Assembly: GCA_900552545.1 (NCBI GenBank) | Contig: USAL01000001.1 | Span: forward strand, 1,575 to 65,574 | Direction of reading: 5' to 3' | DNA: 64,000 nucleotides | Origin: an uncultured Sutterella sp. | Lineage (GTDB): Bacteria; Pseudomonadota; Gammaproteobacteria; Burkholderiales; Burkholderiaceae_F | Part shown: piece after piece, positions 11,204 to 22,457 of the stretch | How the letters are laid out: each line of letters begins with the position of its first letter | Numbering within the stretch: the first letter of the stretch is position 1 | Position numbers and translations under genes: made by a program | Notes under the pieces: generated by a model | Seen by the model: the letters and a program-made list of their open reading frames with translations, nothing else | Databases searched by the model: none | What the model was told of the DNA's origin: nothing

Positions 11204-12088
11204 TTAAGACACGGCGGCGGCACCACCGACGATTTCGGTGATTTCCTTAGTAATGCCGGCCTGACGGGTCTTGTTGTAGACGAGCTGCAGCTCATCGATG
11301 AGCTTCTTGGCGTTGTCCGAAGCGGCCTTCATGGCCACCATGCGCGCGGACTGTTCGGAAGCCATGTTCTCTGCAACCGCCGAATAAATCAAAGCCTCGA
11401 CATAGCGCGTGAGCAGATCATCGAGCACGGTTTGCGCATCGGGTTCGTAGATGTAGTCCCACGAATATGCGCGCGGCTTTTCTCCGAGCGGAGCGAGCTT
11501 GTCGTCAGTGAGCGGCAGAATCTGCTCAATCACCGGTTCCTGCTTCATGGCGTTGATGAAACGCGAGTAAGCGAGGTAGACGCGGTCGACCTTGCCCTGA
11601 GCGTATGCATCGAGCTGCACACGGATCGCACCCAAGAGGCGATCAATCTGGGGGCGGTCGCCGAGCTGCACCACCTGGCTGATGAGCTCGAGCCCGGCGT
11701 GTCCGCAGAAGGCCACGGCCTTGTTGCCGATGGCCGTCACCTGCAGGGAGACGCCGTTGGCGCGGAGCTCGCCAACCTTGTGGAGAACGAGACGCTGAAT
11801 ATTAGTATTCAGCGCACCGGCCAGACCCTTGTCGGTGGTCACCAGAATCATGGCTTCCTTACCGGTCTGGGTCGGGTGCTTGACGAGGAACGGATGGTGA
11901 TAGTCGACGCGAGCCTCGGACAAGTGCGCAATGATGTTGCGGATCTTGTCGGCGTACGGGCGGGACTCACGCATCCGGTCCTGTGCCTTGCGCATCTTCG
12001 AGGCCGCAACCATCTGCATCGCCTTGGTGATCTTGCGCGTATTTTGTACGCTCTTGATCTTTCCGCGAATTTCCTTTGTACTAGGCAT
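11204..12088 (-). CDS. atpG: ATP synthase F1 gamma
   Basis: [38 protein letters not shown]. Confidence 0.97.
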   Translation of the reverse strand: MPSTKEIRGKIKSVQNTRKITKAMQMVAASKMRKAQDRMRESRPYADKIRNIIAHLSEARVDYHHPFLVKHPTQTGKEAMILVTTDKGLAGALNTNIQRLVLHKVGELRANGVSLQVTAIGNKAVAFCGHAGLELISQVVQLGDRPQIDRLLGAIRVQLDAYAQGKVDRVYLAYSRFINAMKQEPVIEQILPLTDDKLAPLGEKPRAYSWDYIYEPDAQTVLDDLLTRYVEALIYSAVAENMASEQSARMVAMKAASDNAKKLIDELQLVYNKTRQAGITKEITEIVGGAAAVS

Positions 12089-12119
12089 TTGGTCCTCTCA
12101 GAATGTTTCTTGTGCGCTC

Positions 12120-13661
12120 TTACCAAGCACCGTTCTTCTTGAACTCTTCGACGGCGGCCTTGAGAGCAGCCTTGTCTTCGTCGGACATGGCCTTCTGCTC
12201 TTCAATGCGGTCAACGAGCTCGGTGTAGTGCTGCTTGAGGTACTCGCGCATGGCACGTTCGCACTTGAGCGCATCCTTGACGGCAACGTCGTCGAAGGCG
12301 CCGATTTCGATGCCGAACAGCGTCACGGCCTCTTCCCAAACCTGCAGGGGCTGGTACTGGGGCTGCTTCATCAGTTCGGTCACGATGCGGCCGCGTTCGA
12401 GCTGCTTGCGGGTGGCCTCGTCGAGGTCGCTGGCAAACTGGGCGAAGGCCGCGAGTTCACGATACTGCGCCAGAGCCAGACGGACACCGCCGCCCAACTT
12501 CTTGATCACCTTGGTCTGAGCCGCGCCACCCACACGGGACACCGAGATGCCGGGGTTGATGGCGGGACGGATACCGGCGTTGAAGAGGTCGGTTTCCAGG
12601 AAGATCTGGCCGTCGGTAATGGAAATCACGTTCGTCGGAACGAAGGCGGTCACGTCGCCGGCCTGCGTTTCGATGATGGGAAGAGCGGTCATGGAACCGG
12701 TCTTGCCCTTGACAGCGCCCTTGGTGAAGCGCTCCACATAGGTGGCGTTCACGCGCGCAGCACGCTCAAGCAGGCGGCTGTGCAGGTAGAACACGTCACC
12801 AGGATAGGCTTCACGTCCCGGCGGACGACGCAGCAGCAGGGAAATCTGGCGATAAGCCCAGGCCTGCTTGGTCAGATCGTCATAAACGATCAGGCTGTCC
12901 TGGCCGCGGTCGCGGAAGTATTCGCCCATCGTGGCACCCGCGTACGGAGCGATGTACTGCAGAGCGGCCGATTCAGAGGCCGTGGCAGCCACAACGATGG
13001 TGTACTCCATGGCGCCGTGCTCTTCGAGCTGACGGACCACGTTGGCAATCGTCGAGGCCTTCTGGCCGATGGCGACGTACACGCAGATGAGGTCCTTGCC
13101 CTTCTGATTGATGATCGTGTCGAGCGCAATGGCGGTCTTGCCGCACTGGCGGTCGCCAATGATCAGCTCACGCTGGCCGCGGCCGATCGGGATCATGGCG
13201 TCGATGGACTTCAGACCGGTCTGAACGGGCTGGCTCACCGACTGGCGTTCGATCACGCCCGGGGCCACCTTTTCGACCACGTCGAATTCGTTGGTGTTGA
13301 TCGGGCCCTTGCCGTCGATGGGCTGACCCAGAGCGTTGACCACACGGCCGATCAGGGCGGGGCCAACGGGCACCGAAAGAATACGACCCGTCGTTTTGAC
13401 GATGTCGCCTTCGGAAATGTGTTCGTAGTTGCCGAGAATAACCGCGCCGACCGAATCACGTTCAAGGTTCAGTGCGAGGCCGTAGGTGTTGCCGGGGAAT
13501 TCCAGCATTTCACCCTGCATCACGTCGTGCAGACCGTGAACACGGCAAATACCATCGGTCACCGACACAACGGTGCCTTGGGTGCGGAGATCAGCGGAGA
13601 CCCCGAGGCCTTCGATGCGCTGCTTGAGCAGCTCGCTGATTTCACTAGGATTGAGTTGCAT
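12120..13661 (-). CDS. atpA: ATP synthase F1 alpha
   Basis: [46 protein letters not shown]. Confidence 0.98.
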   Translation of the reverse strand: MQLNPSEISELLKQRIEGLGVSADLRTQGTVVSVTDGICRVHGLHDVMQGEMLEFPGNTYGLALNLERDSVGAVILGNYEHISEGDIVKTTGRILSVPVGPALIGRVVNALGQPIDGKGPINTNEFDVVEKVAPGVIERQSVSQPVQTGLKSIDAMIPIGRGQRELIIGDRQCGKTAIALDTIINQKGKDLICVYVAIGQKASTIANVVRQLEEHGAMEYTIVVAATASESAALQYIAPYAGATMGEYFRDRGQDSLIVYDDLTKQAWAYRQISLLLRRPPGREAYPGDVFYLHSRLLERAARVNATYVERFTKGAVKGKTGSMTALPIIETQAGDVTAFVPTNVISITDGQIFLETDLFNAGIRPAINPGISVSRVGGAAQTKVIKKLGGGVRLALAQYRELAAFAQFASDLDEATRKQLERGRIVTELMKQPQYQPLQVWEEAVTLFGIEIGAFDDVAVKDALKCERAMREYLKQHYTELVDRIEEQKAMSDEDKAALKAAVEEFKKNGAW

Positions 13662-13677
13662 TCTTGAGCTCCGAAAT

Positions 13678-14226
13678 TTATGCGGTGAGCGCCTGCTGCA
13701 TCTGCGCAAGCCGTGCGCGAACAGAACCGTCGAGAACCTGATCGCCGACCCGGATGCTCACGCCGCCGATGAGCGACTTGTTGATCGTCACTATCGGGTT
13801 GAGCTTCTTGCCGGGGAATTTCTTCGAAAGGGCATCGAGCAACTGCCCGACTTCCTTCTTGTGCAGTGCATAAGCGGTCTCGATGTAGGCGTCTGCGACA
13901 CCCTCGGATTCGTTCTTGAGCACATGAAACTGCGCGGCGATCTCGGGCAAAGCATTAAGACGACCGTTTTCGATGACTGTACGAAGCAGACCGGGCAACT
14001 GATCAGGCAGATCCTGACCGAGCGTACCGGCGATCACCTTATACAGCTCTTCATCGGTAATCTTCGGGTCGTTGACAAGCTCCGCGACCTGGGGATTGCG
14101 GGTCACCTCGCTGCGCGCATCGAGGACATCCGCCATCTGAGCAGCCTGCGCCGTGGTATTACGCTCGACCATGGCCTTCCAAAGGCCCTGAGCGTAAGGA
14201 CGTGCAATCGTCGAAAGTTCAGCCAT
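13678..14226 (-). CDS. atpH: ATP synthase F1 delta
   Basis: [31 protein letters not shown]. Confidence 0.95.
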   Translation of the reverse strand: MAELSTIARPYAQGLWKAMVERNTTAQAAQMADVLDARSEVTRNPQVAELVNDPKITDEELYKVIAGTLGQDLPDQLPGLLRTVIENGRLNALPEIAAQFHVLKNESEGVADAYIETAYALHKKEVGQLLDALSKKFPGKKLNPIVTINKSLIGGVSIRVGDQVLDGSVRARLAQMQQALTA

Positions 14227-14228
14227 GA

Positions 14229-14699
14229 TTAGAGCTTTGCCTTAAGTTGTTCGAGCAGCTGAGCGTGGACGGACTTGTCCACTTCTCGAGCCAGAATCTG
14301 CTGAGCGCCGGCAACGGCCAGAGCGGCGACTTCGTCGCGAAGCTGATCGCGGGCGCGCTGCATTTCCTGAGCGGCTTCAGCCTTGGCGTTGGCGATGATG
14401 CGATCAGCCTCGACCTGAGCCTGTTCCTTGGCGTTCTCAACGATCATTGCCCCGCGCTTTTCGCCGTCGGACACGATCGTCGTGGCACGGGCGCGAGCCT
14501 CGGCCTCGATCTCCTTGCCCTTGACCTGGGCTTCGGCGAGAGCCTCAGCACTCTTGTCGGCAGCAGCAAGACCTTCGGCGATCTTGTTTTGGCGCTCCTC
14601 GATCGCTTTGATCAAGGGCGGCCAGATGTACTTCATCGTGATAAAGCAGCCGATGAAGAACACCACCATCTGTACAAACAGTGAGGCATTAATGTTCAT
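14229..14699 (-). CDS. atpF: ATP synthase F0 subunit b
   Basis: MNINASLFVQ, MKYIWPPL, ERQNKIAEGL. Confidence 0.95.
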   Translation of the reverse strand: MNINASLFVQMVVFFIGCFITMKYIWPPLIKAIEERQNKIAEGLAAADKSAEALAEAQVKGKEIEAEARARATTIVSDGEKRGAMIVENAKEQAQVEADRIIANAKAEAAQEMQRARDQLRDEVAALAVAGAQQILAREVDKSVHAQLLEQLKAKL

Positions 14700-14808
14700 T
14701 GTTAAACCCCGTTCATGTCGACGCACCGAAGGCGCGTAAAAGCACCCTCAGGCGTCGACGACGTCATAAAAAGAGAGACGATTTTTTCAAGCAATTCCGC
14801 GCGCGGAA

Positions 14809-15123
<315 letters not shown>

Positions 15124-15957
15124 TCAGTGCGAATCATGCGCCTGGCCGAGGTAAACCAAGGTCAGCATCATCATGATGAACGCCTGCAGAAGGACAATCA
15201 AAATGTGGAACAGCCACCAGCAGAGGCCGGCCACGACTTGACCGAATGCGCTCAGGGTACCGCCGACAGCGCCGAAGGAAAGCGCGTAGCCGCCCAGAAG
15301 AGCAATCAGGAAGAACAGCAGTTCGCCAGCGTACATGTTACCGAAGAGTCGCATGCCGAGACTGACGGTCTTGGCAACGTACTCAACGATGTTCAGAGCG
15401 AAATTGCAGGGCCACAACAGGATGTTGTTGCCGAACGGCGCGGTAAAGAGCTCATGCATGAAGCCGCCGGCGCCCTTGACCTTGAAGCCGTAATAGATGC
15501 ACAGAACCAGCACGCTCACGGAAATGCCGAGCGTACCGTTCAGATCCGCCGTGGGCAGCGGACGCAGGTAGTGAATGCCGAAAAATCCCGCCAACCAGGG
15601 CAGCAGATCAACCGGCACCAAGTCGATGCAGTTCATCAGCGTCACCCAGACGAAAACCGTCAGGGCCGCCGGAGCGATGAACCTGCGATCGCCGTGGACG
15701 ATCGACTTGCTCTGCTCCTCGACCATCTCGACGAGCATTTCAACCGCGCACTGCCATTTTCCGGGCACGCCGTTGGTCGCCTTGTGGGCAGCCTTGTACA
15801 GGCACCACAAGCCGATGCAGAGCATGAGAACGGAAAACACGATCGTGTCGTAGTTGATCACCGAGAAGTCGATGATCGACGACATTTTTCCTGAGGCATT
15901 ATGTGCAAGGTGATGAAGCATGTACCCGGTAGGGCTGAGAGCTTCAGTCGTAGCCAT
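15124..15957 (-). CDS. atpB: ATP synthase F0 subunit a
   Basis: HHL N-terminus, PTADLN, SLGMRLFGNMYAGE, LQAFIMMMLT. Confidence 0.96.
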   Translation of the reverse strand: MATTEALSPTGYMLHHLAHNASGKMSSIIDFSVINYDTIVFSVLMLCIGLWCLYKAAHKATNGVPGKWQCAVEMLVEMVEEQSKSIVHGDRRFIAPAALTVFVWVTLMNCIDLVPVDLLPWLAGFFGIHYLRPLPTADLNGTLGISVSVLVLCIYYGFKVKGAGGFMHELFTAPFGNNILLWPCNFALNIVEYVAKTVSLGMRLFGNMYAGELLFFLIALLGGYALSFGAVGGTLSAFGQVVAGLCWWLFHILIVLLQAFIMMMLTLVYLGQAHDSH

Positions 15958-15972
15958 AACCAATCCTTCGGT

Positions 15973-16329
15973 TTAGTGTTTATTAAAGATTAGGGCAAAC
16001 TGGCCGAAGACCGCGGCGATGATCCCCGCGAGCATGGCCGGCCAGTTCAAACCTGGAAAGATCTTCGCCATCGCCACGAACAATGCGCAGATGACGATCA
16101 TCTTGAGGAACTCCCCGACGATGACGCCGATGGGTCGCATCGGCCTCTTCATCATCTGACCGATGATCAGATTGAGAGCGAAGATGGAGTTGGGTACAGC
16201 AACGCACATACCGCCGCCCAACGCGGATAAGCCGGCGACCGTCCCCCAGAAGATCCAGGAAACGGCAACCACCACGCAGACAAGCGCATACTGCCATGCG
16301 ACGATACGGATCAAGTCTTCACGATTCAT
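15973..16329 (-). CDS. atpI: ATP synthase subunit I
   Basis: Small 4-TM protein directly upstream of atpB; SALGGG, PN, GEFLK motifs. Confidence 0.85.
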   Translation of the reverse strand: MNREDLIRIVAWQYALVCVVVAVSWIFWGTVAGLSALGGGMCVAVPNSIFALNLIIGQMMKRPMRPIGVIVGEFLKMIVICALFVAMAKIFPGLNWPAMLAGIIAAVFGQFALIFNKH

Positions 16330-16448
16330 ACCGTGCTTCTGTCCCTAAAACGGCGTAATTTTATGGATTCACACACTTTTTAACAAGTGGCTGATGGGCT
16401 TATCTCAAATATTACTTTGTAGGTATTAGCCCTAGTCGCCCCTTTTTT

Positions 16449-17375
16449 TCAAGCTTCTTCCTTGGCATCCGGGGCGATGCGGGCGATGAGCGCGTCGAGA
16501 TCGTCGAAGTTGGCGAAGTCGATCACGAGCTGTCCCTTGCCCTTGCGGCCGTAGACGACGTGCACGGGAGCGCCGATCGACTCCGAGAGCCGCTCTTCAA
16601 GAATCTGGTCGTCGCGGTTGACCTTGGCGGGCTTCTTGGCGTTCTTGGTGCGGGGCTTGGCAGCGGCCTGGGCAACCAGCTTTTCAGCCTCGCGCACGGA
16701 GAGCTCCTTGGCGACGATCTCGTTGGCGGCCTGAATCTGCTCTGCGCCCGAAAGCGACAAAAGCGCACGGGCGTGCCCCATGTCAATCTTGCCGTCAACC
16801 AGCATCTGCTGCACGGGATCGGTAAGGTTCAGAAGGCGCAACAGGTTCGTCGTGCCCGAGCGGCTGCGGCCGATCGCATCTGCCGCCTGCTCATGGGTGT
16901 AGCCGAACTCGTCGATCAGGCGCTTGACGCCCAGAGCCTCCTCCATGGCGTTGAGATCCTCGCGCTGCATGTTCTCAATCAGAGCCATGGCAAGCGCATC
17001 CTTGTCCTCGACCGTGCGCACGATCGCCGGGATCGTCTTGCGGCCTGCGATCTTCGAAGCTCTGAAGCGCCGTTCGCCCGCGATGATCTCGTAGCGGCCG
17101 TTTGCGGTGCGGCGCACGATGATGGGGCTGATCACGCCCTGCTGCTTGATCGACTCGGCAAGCTCCGAGAGCTTTTCCTGCTCGATCAACGTACGCGGCT
17201 GATATTTGCCCGCCTTGAGCTGCGTGAGCTCAAGTTCGACCACGATGTTCTCGCTCGGTATCTCGGGCGCGGCCGAGGCTGCAGCCTGCGTCTTCTCAGG
17301 ATGAGCCTTCACGTCGTCGCCCAGGAGCGTATCCAGACCGCGGCCCAGACCGCGAGGTTTCTTCGTAGCAGCCAT
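16449..17375 (-). CDS. parB: Chromosome partitioning protein ParB
   Basis: GLGRGLDTLL, YQPR, EIIAGERRFRA, ENMQREDLN, GHARALL. Confidence 0.96.
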   Translation of the reverse strand: MAATKKPRGLGRGLDTLLGDDVKAHPEKTQAAASAAPEIPSENIVVELELTQLKAGKYQPRTLIEQEKLSELAESIKQQGVISPIIVRRTANGRYEIIAGERRFRASKIAGRKTIPAIVRTVEDKDALAMALIENMQREDLNAMEEALGVKRLIDEFGYTHEQAADAIGRSRSGTTNLLRLLNLTDPVQQMLVDGKIDMGHARALLSLSGAEQIQAANEIVAKELSVREAEKLVAQAAAKPRTKNAKKPAKVNRDDQILEERLSESIGAPVHVVYGRKGKGQLVIDFANFDDLDALIARIAPDAKEEA

Positions 17376-17381
17376 GATGTA

Positions 17382-18176
17382 TTACTCCTCTTCAGTTTGA
17401 GCGGTCTCGGCGCTTTTCATGCGCTTGATGAGTTCGCGGCCGAAGGCGAGATAGGCCTTCGCACCGCGGCTGGTCTTGTCGTAAACGATGCCGGGCTCGC
17501 CGTAGGAGGGGGCTTCGGCCAGACGGACGTTGCGCGGAATCAACGTATCGAACACACGGTCGCCGAAGTTTTCCTTGAGCTGTTCGCTTACTTCCTTCTG
17601 CAGCGTCATGCGCGCGTCGAACATCACGCGCAAAAGTCCGATGATCTGCAGGTCGGCATTCTTGTTCTGGCGGATGCGGCGAACCGTGTTCACCAGGTCG
17701 CTCAGACCTTCGAGCGCGAAATATTCGCACTGCATCGGAATGATGACGCCGCGGGCGCAGCAAAGCGCATTGACGGTGATCATCGAAAGCGACGGCGGAC
17801 AGTCGATCAGAATGAAGTCGTAGCGATCGGCAATCTGATCGATCACCGCCTTCAGACGCTTGTCCGGATTCTTCAACTGCATCAGGTCGATTTCGGCCGC
17901 CGAGAGATCACGGTTGGCGGGAATGAGGTCATAGCCGCCGCTCGGACTTTTCTTCACGACCTCGTCAAAAGACGCCTCCCCGATGAGAAGTTGGTAGACG
18001 GTGAGCTCGCAGTCGTTTTTCTCGACGCCCGAGCCCATCGTCGCATTGCCCTGCGCATCGAGGTCAATGAGGAGCACCTTCTGACGACGACGCGCAAGCG
18101 CCGCAGCCGTGTTGACCGCCGTCGTCGTCTTTCCTACACCACCCTTCTGGTTGGCGACGCAAAAGATATAAGCCAT
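17382..18176 (-). CDS. parA: Chromosome partitioning ATPase ParA/Soj
   Basis: NQKGGVGKTT, IDCPPSL, PMQCEYFALEGL, IPRNVRLAEAPS. Confidence 0.96.
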   Translation of the reverse strand: MAYIFCVANQKGGVGKTTTAVNTAAALARRRQKVLLIDLDAQGNATMGSGVEKNDCELTVYQLLIGEASFDEVVKKSPSGGYDLIPANRDLSAAEIDLMQLKNPDKRLKAVIDQIADRYDFILIDCPPSLSMITVNALCCARGVIIPMQCEYFALEGLSDLVNTVRRIRQNKNADLQIIGLLRVMFDARMTLQKEVSEQLKENFGDRVFDTLIPRNVRLAEAPSYGEPGIVYDKTSRGAKAYLAFGRELIKRMKSAETAQTEEE

Positions 18177-18537
18177 CCCTTTTGTTTCCTTTGACAACTT
18201 CTTTAAGTTTGATTACTCAAACTCGTTTTCTAGGGTATTCGTTCCACTCGGTATCTGATCGGACTGATTGCTGTTTGTTTATGAAATTCAATTTCAAATT
18301 CTCAGCCCGCCGGCATCGTTCCCGGCGCTCTTGATGAGTCTTGCAAATTCTGCGACCTGCGGTCAAGCGGTTGACTCTGAATTTGCACCGGCCTCGGTGA
18401 AAGACTCCCATATCAGGATTCTTTCAGAACGAAACCCGTACGAAGCAACCGAAGAGCCGTCTTTTTGAAAAAAGCGCTTGACGTTCACGAAAACATCGCA
18501 AGTTTTCTCGATTTTCTCAAATCCAGCAGCGAGAAAA

Positions 18538-18612
18538 TTTTCCTCAGTGATGTTTTCCACAGAAAAACGCAGTTTTCAACATTTTTTCCACAGAAATCAC
18601 AAAAATTCAACA
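18538..18612. promoter_or_regulatory. DnaA-box cluster in rsmG-parA spacer
   Basis: TTTTCCACA 18553-18561 and 18584-18592 (match TTWTNCACA); TTTTCCTCA 18538, TTTTCAACA 18573, AATTCAACA 18604; all co-oriented. Confidence 0.6.
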
Positions 18613-18636
18613 GCGCGATAAAACGCCTCGAGGTGA

Positions 18637-19290
18637 TCAAGTACCAGAAAGATTTTTCTTGAGGGCAATTAAATGACGCTCCACTTTCATGTTTTCGACG
18701 GTGAAAACCGTCGAAATCGACACGTTTTGCGGAAGCGCATCCACCTCTTCCTGCGGAAATTTGCCTTTCATCGCCAACCATACTCCGCCTGGAGCAAGAA
18801 GATGCTCCGTCAAGTGAATCATGTCGGACAACGAGGCAAACGCCCGACTGGTGATGACATCGAATGTCCGGTCCTTGATCTGTTCGACGCGCGTGTGCTC
18901 CGCCTTGATGTTTTTCAGGCGAAGCATGGAAATCGCCTGCCGCTGAAAAATCGTCTTTTTCTGCACGGCATCAACCATGGTGATTTCGAGTTCCGGCCGA
19001 ACGATGGCAAGCGGAATGGCGGGAAGGCCGCCGCCGCTGCCGACATCGAGCACCGTCTTGCTGCCGTTAAGCAGGTCGCCCGAGCATTTGGCCAAGGCAA
19101 GCGAATCCACCAGATGAAGATCAAGCACATCCTTCGGGCTCGTGATGCTCGTGAGGTTGTAGCTTGCATTCCATTTGATCAAAAGATCTGCAAAGCGCGA
19201 AAGCTTTTGCGCCTGATCTTCAGTGAGCTCCATAGCAAGCAGTTCCATTGCCCGCTTCTGGATGCTCGCAGCATCTAAAGATTGCATCAT
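18637..19290 (-). CDS. rsmG: 16S rRNA m7G527 methyltransferase RsmG (GidB)
   Basis: [42 protein letters not shown] overlap with mnmG. Confidence 0.95.
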   Translation of the reverse strand: MMQSLDAASIQKRAMELLAMELTEDQAQKLSRFADLLIKWNASYNLTSITSPKDVLDLHLVDSLALAKCSGDLLNGSKTVLDVGSGGGLPAIPLAIVRPELEITMVDAVQKKTIFQRQAISMLRLKNIKAEHTRVEQIKDRTFDVITSRAFASLSDMIHLTEHLLAPGGVWLAMKGKFPQEEVDALPQNVSISTVFTVENMKVERHLIALKKNLSGT

Positions 19291-21197
19291 GACGATTCCT
19301 TCCCCCACTTCAAACGCTTCAAGTGGATCAGAAGCAGAGAAATCGCAGCAGGCGTCACACCGGAAATGCGTCCGGCCTGTCCGAGCGTTTCAGGACGAAT
19401 CTGCTTTAACTTCTGCCGCACCTCAAAGGAGAGACCGACCACCTTGTCGTAGTCGATGTCCTCGGGAATGCGCATCGTCTCATGCGCGCGCGTTTTTTCG
19501 ACCTCTTCCTTCTGGCGTTCAATGTAGCCCTGATACTTGAGCGCGATCTCAACCTGTTCAATCTGCATTGGATCCGTCAGATGCTCAGGACTGACAAGCG
19601 AGTCGTCGGTCTTTGCAAGCGTCACCAGATCGTCGTACTTCACACCAGGACGAGACAAAAGCGCCGACAAGTTGTATTCACGCTCAATCGACGTACCGAG
19701 CACGCGGTCGGCTTCACCGGCCTTGAGAAGGCTCGGATTGACCCAGGTGCTCTTCAAGCGCTGCAGCTCTCTTTCGACGGATTCCTTCTTATTGCAGAAG
19801 CGCGCCCATTTTTCTTCCGGCAGCGCACCGAGGCGATGCGCGAGTTCAGCCAGGCGAACATCCGCATTGTCTTCACGCAGGCTCAGACGATATTCCGCAC
19901 GGCTTGTGAACATACGGTACGGCTCGGTCACACCGCGCGTCGTCAAATCGTCAACCATGACGCCGATGTAGGCTTCATTGCGGCGCGGCTTCCATTCTTC
20001 ACGGCCCAGAACGCGAGACGCAGCATTGATGCCGGCAAGCAGCCCCTGAGCCGCCGCCTCTTCATAGCCGGTCGTGCCATTAATCTGTCCGGCGAAATAA
20101 AGATTCTTCAAACGCTTCGTTTCGAAGGTGCTCTTCAATTCGCGCGGATCGTAAAAGTCGTACTCAATGGCATAACCCGGACGAAGCAGATGTGCATGCT
20201 CCAATCCAGGAATGCAATGAATCATGTCGAGCTGCACATCAAACGGAAGCGACGTTGAAATACCGTTCGGATAGAACTCGTTGGTGTCGAGACCTTCGGG
20301 CTCCAAGAAGACATGGTGGCTCGTCTTATCCTTGAAGCGCTGCACCTTGTCTTCGATCGACGGGCAGTAGCGCGGACCCACGCCTTCAATAATGCCGGAG
20401 TACATGGGCGAGCGATCCAGATTCGCACGAATGATGTCGTGCATGCGCTCGTTCGTATAAGTAATCCAGCAAGGCACCTGACGCGGATGCTCGATGCCAG
20501 GCGCCATCAAGGAGAACGACGGAACAGGATCCAGATCGCCCGGCTGCTCCTTGCACTTGCTGAAGTCAATCGAGCGGCCGTCGATACGAGCAGGCGTTCC
20601 GGTCTTCAATCGACCCTTGGGTAGCCCCAACTCAATCAGACGCTGTGCAAGAGAAATCGAAGGCGGATCGCCGGCGCGGCCGGCCGAGTAATGTTCAAGA
20701 CCAATATGCACCAGACCGTTCAAGAACGTTCCTGAGCAAATCACAACAGTCTTGGACTGAAACCGAATTCCCGTCTTCGTCACCACGCCGCAGACGGTCT
20801 CGCCTTCAACAATCAGATCGTCGACCGCCTGCTGGAAGATCCACAGGTTCGGCTGCGTCTCAATGCAGCGGCGCATCTCAACGCGATACAGGTTGCGGTC
20901 AATCTGCGCACGGGTGGCTCGCACCGCCGGGCCCTTGGACCCGTTCAGTACTCTGAACTGGATGCCGGCGCGATCCGTGACGATGCCCATTGCGCCGCCC
21001 ATCGCATCGACTTCCTTGACAAGGTGTCCCTTGCCGATACCACCGATGGACGGATTGCAGGAGAGCTGGCCAATCGTCTCGACATTGTGGGTGATCAGCA
21101 AGGTCTTGGCACCCATACGTGCGGCGACCAAGCAAGCTTCCGCACCAGCGTGACCGCACCCAACAACGATTACATCAAATACTTCTGGATAGTTCAT
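19287..21197 (-). CDS. mnmG: tRNA uridine 5-carboxymethylaminomethyl enzyme MnmG (GidA)
   Basis: [49 protein letters not shown]; start MNYPE at 21197. Confidence 0.97.
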   Translation of the reverse strand: MNYPEVFDVIVVGCGHAGAEACLVAARMGAKTLLITHNVETIGQLSCNPSIGGIGKGHLVKEVDAMGGAMGIVTDRAGIQFRVLNGSKGPAVRATRAQIDRNLYRVEMRRCIETQPNLWIFQQAVDDLIVEGETVCGVVTKTGIRFQSKTVVICSGTFLNGLVHIGLEHYSAGRAGDPPSISLAQRLIELGLPKGRLKTGTPARIDGRSIDFSKCKEQPGDLDPVPSFSLMAPGIEHPRQVPCWITYTNERMHDIIRANLDRSPMYSGIIEGVGPRYCPSIEDKVQRFKDKTSHHVFLEPEGLDTNEFYPNGISTSLPFDVQLDMIHCIPGLEHAHLLRPGYAIEYDFYDPRELKSTFETKRLKNLYFAGQINGTTGYEEAAAQGLLAGINAASRVLGREEWKPRRNEAYIGVMVDDLTTRGVTEPYRMFTSRAEYRLSLREDNADVRLAELAHRLGALPEEKWARFCNKKESVERELQRLKSTWVNPSLLKAGEADRVLGTSIEREYNLSALLSRPGVKYDDLVTLAKTDDSLVSPEHLTDPMQIEQVEIALKYQGYIERQKEEVEKTRAHETMRIPEDIDYDKVVGLSFEVRQKLKQIRPETLGQAGRISGVTPAAISLLLIHLKRLKWGKESS

Positions 21198-21200
21198 GAT

Positions 21201-21647
21201 TGTTCCACGTGGAACATTCGTAGCAAATATCTTTTCCCAACAGCAGATGTTCCACGTGGAACATTCCGGTATGCAAGTGCCGTTGTGTTTCACAACGGCC
21301 GCCGGGTAGCTTGTGTTGCTGGGAGAAGATACGGCTGGGGATTCCCTTCAATGTTCCACGTGGAACATTCGACAGCCTTACAAGTCCATCTCACAAGGCG
21401 GCATCCACTAGGAACATTGTTCGAAAAATATACAAATACGGGAAGGGCGGCGGGGCAATGTTCCACGTGGAACATTCGAATCCACGTGTCCGAAACAGCC
21501 GGGCCATTCCGCCCGAGGACAGCATCCGACTCGGAGCGCCCTGATTCCCGTGATGATCATGCAATGTTCCACGTGGAACATCACCCTCTGATACTGAATC
21601 AGTACGGCGGCCAACGCCGCCAAGAAGACGATGTTCCACGTGGAACA
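21201..21647. repeat. parS: parS centromere cluster: six perfect TGTTCCACGTGGAACA palindromes
   Basis: Copies at 21201, 21248, 21352, 21459, 21565, 21632; matches the widespread chromosomal parS consensus; parAB 3-5 kb away. Confidence 0.93.
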
Positions 21648-22377
21648 ATTCATGCTGGATCAGTGCAGTATATCAATCCGCGTATCCATCAGAAGCGCAG
21701 ACAAACTGTTTATTTCGCCGTGTCTTTATACAAGTCAAAGTACTCAGCAAGGCGAGGAAGGCTGCGTAAATTTTATTAAGTATGCAGAAATAAATACTGT
21801 CGTTTTATTGTTTTAATTTAGCTACAAAATATACACTTTTACCAACTTATCCTCGCATGCCCGATTGGTGCGCTCAGCCGGCACCTTGCCGTCACGCCAT
21901 CAAAGTCGCCTCATGAGGCAGGGGGAACCATCCTTGATAGCAGCGAAAATCCCAACACCAACGAACCACCGAGGTTCGCACCGATTCATCACGTCCCCTT
22001 CTCCGACATCACCAGCATCCTCGGTTACCAGATGAAACAAGAAGGTGCACCACGCCTCGTTTTTTAAGTCGTGAGCCGAATATCCGGCCGCTTGGGACTA
22101 GATGCCCGCGCATTCAACACGCTGCAGTCGCTGTAAAAAGTGTTTGTAAGAAGCAGTCGCCTCAAGCTTGTCACTGTCGCAGAGATTAAAGGTGCGTAAT
22201 TTTTACGCTTTCTAGACCGGATACTCCGAGCACTCTCAGTTATCGCGAAGTGTTCGATTTTTGTTGCTAAAAGATTGATCGCTCAAACAAATTATGAAGG
22301 CAATCAAATTTTTAATGGCAGGTGCGTTCAAGTCATCGGTTTTCTCGAGGAGCCTTCATGAACGTCAGAATGCGTAA

Positions 22378-22407
22378 AGGGGAATGTTTCACGTGAAACA
22401 TTCCCCT
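22378..22407. repeat. parS: parS site TGTTTCACGTGAAACA within a perfect 30-bp palindrome
   Basis: AGGGGAATGTTTCAC|GTGAAACATTCCCCT; core at 22385-22400. Confidence 0.88.
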
Positions 22408-22457
22408 ATTTACAGTTGCTGCTCAATCGCTGGTCGGTCGATACAGAAATTGCCCGC

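Noticed and set aside
14724..14753. Glycine-riboswitch-like words CACCGAAGGCGC...CTCAGG
   Set aside because: Antisense to the atp operon, lacks the 5' GGAGA element, and is explained by the atpE-atpF intergenic hairpin
21201..21647. CRISPR-like repeat-spacer appearance
   Set aside because: Repeats are only 16-20 bp perfect palindromes identical to parS, spacers range 31-91 bp, and no cas genes are present; the MFHVEH/VPRGT ORFs here are translation artefacts of parS
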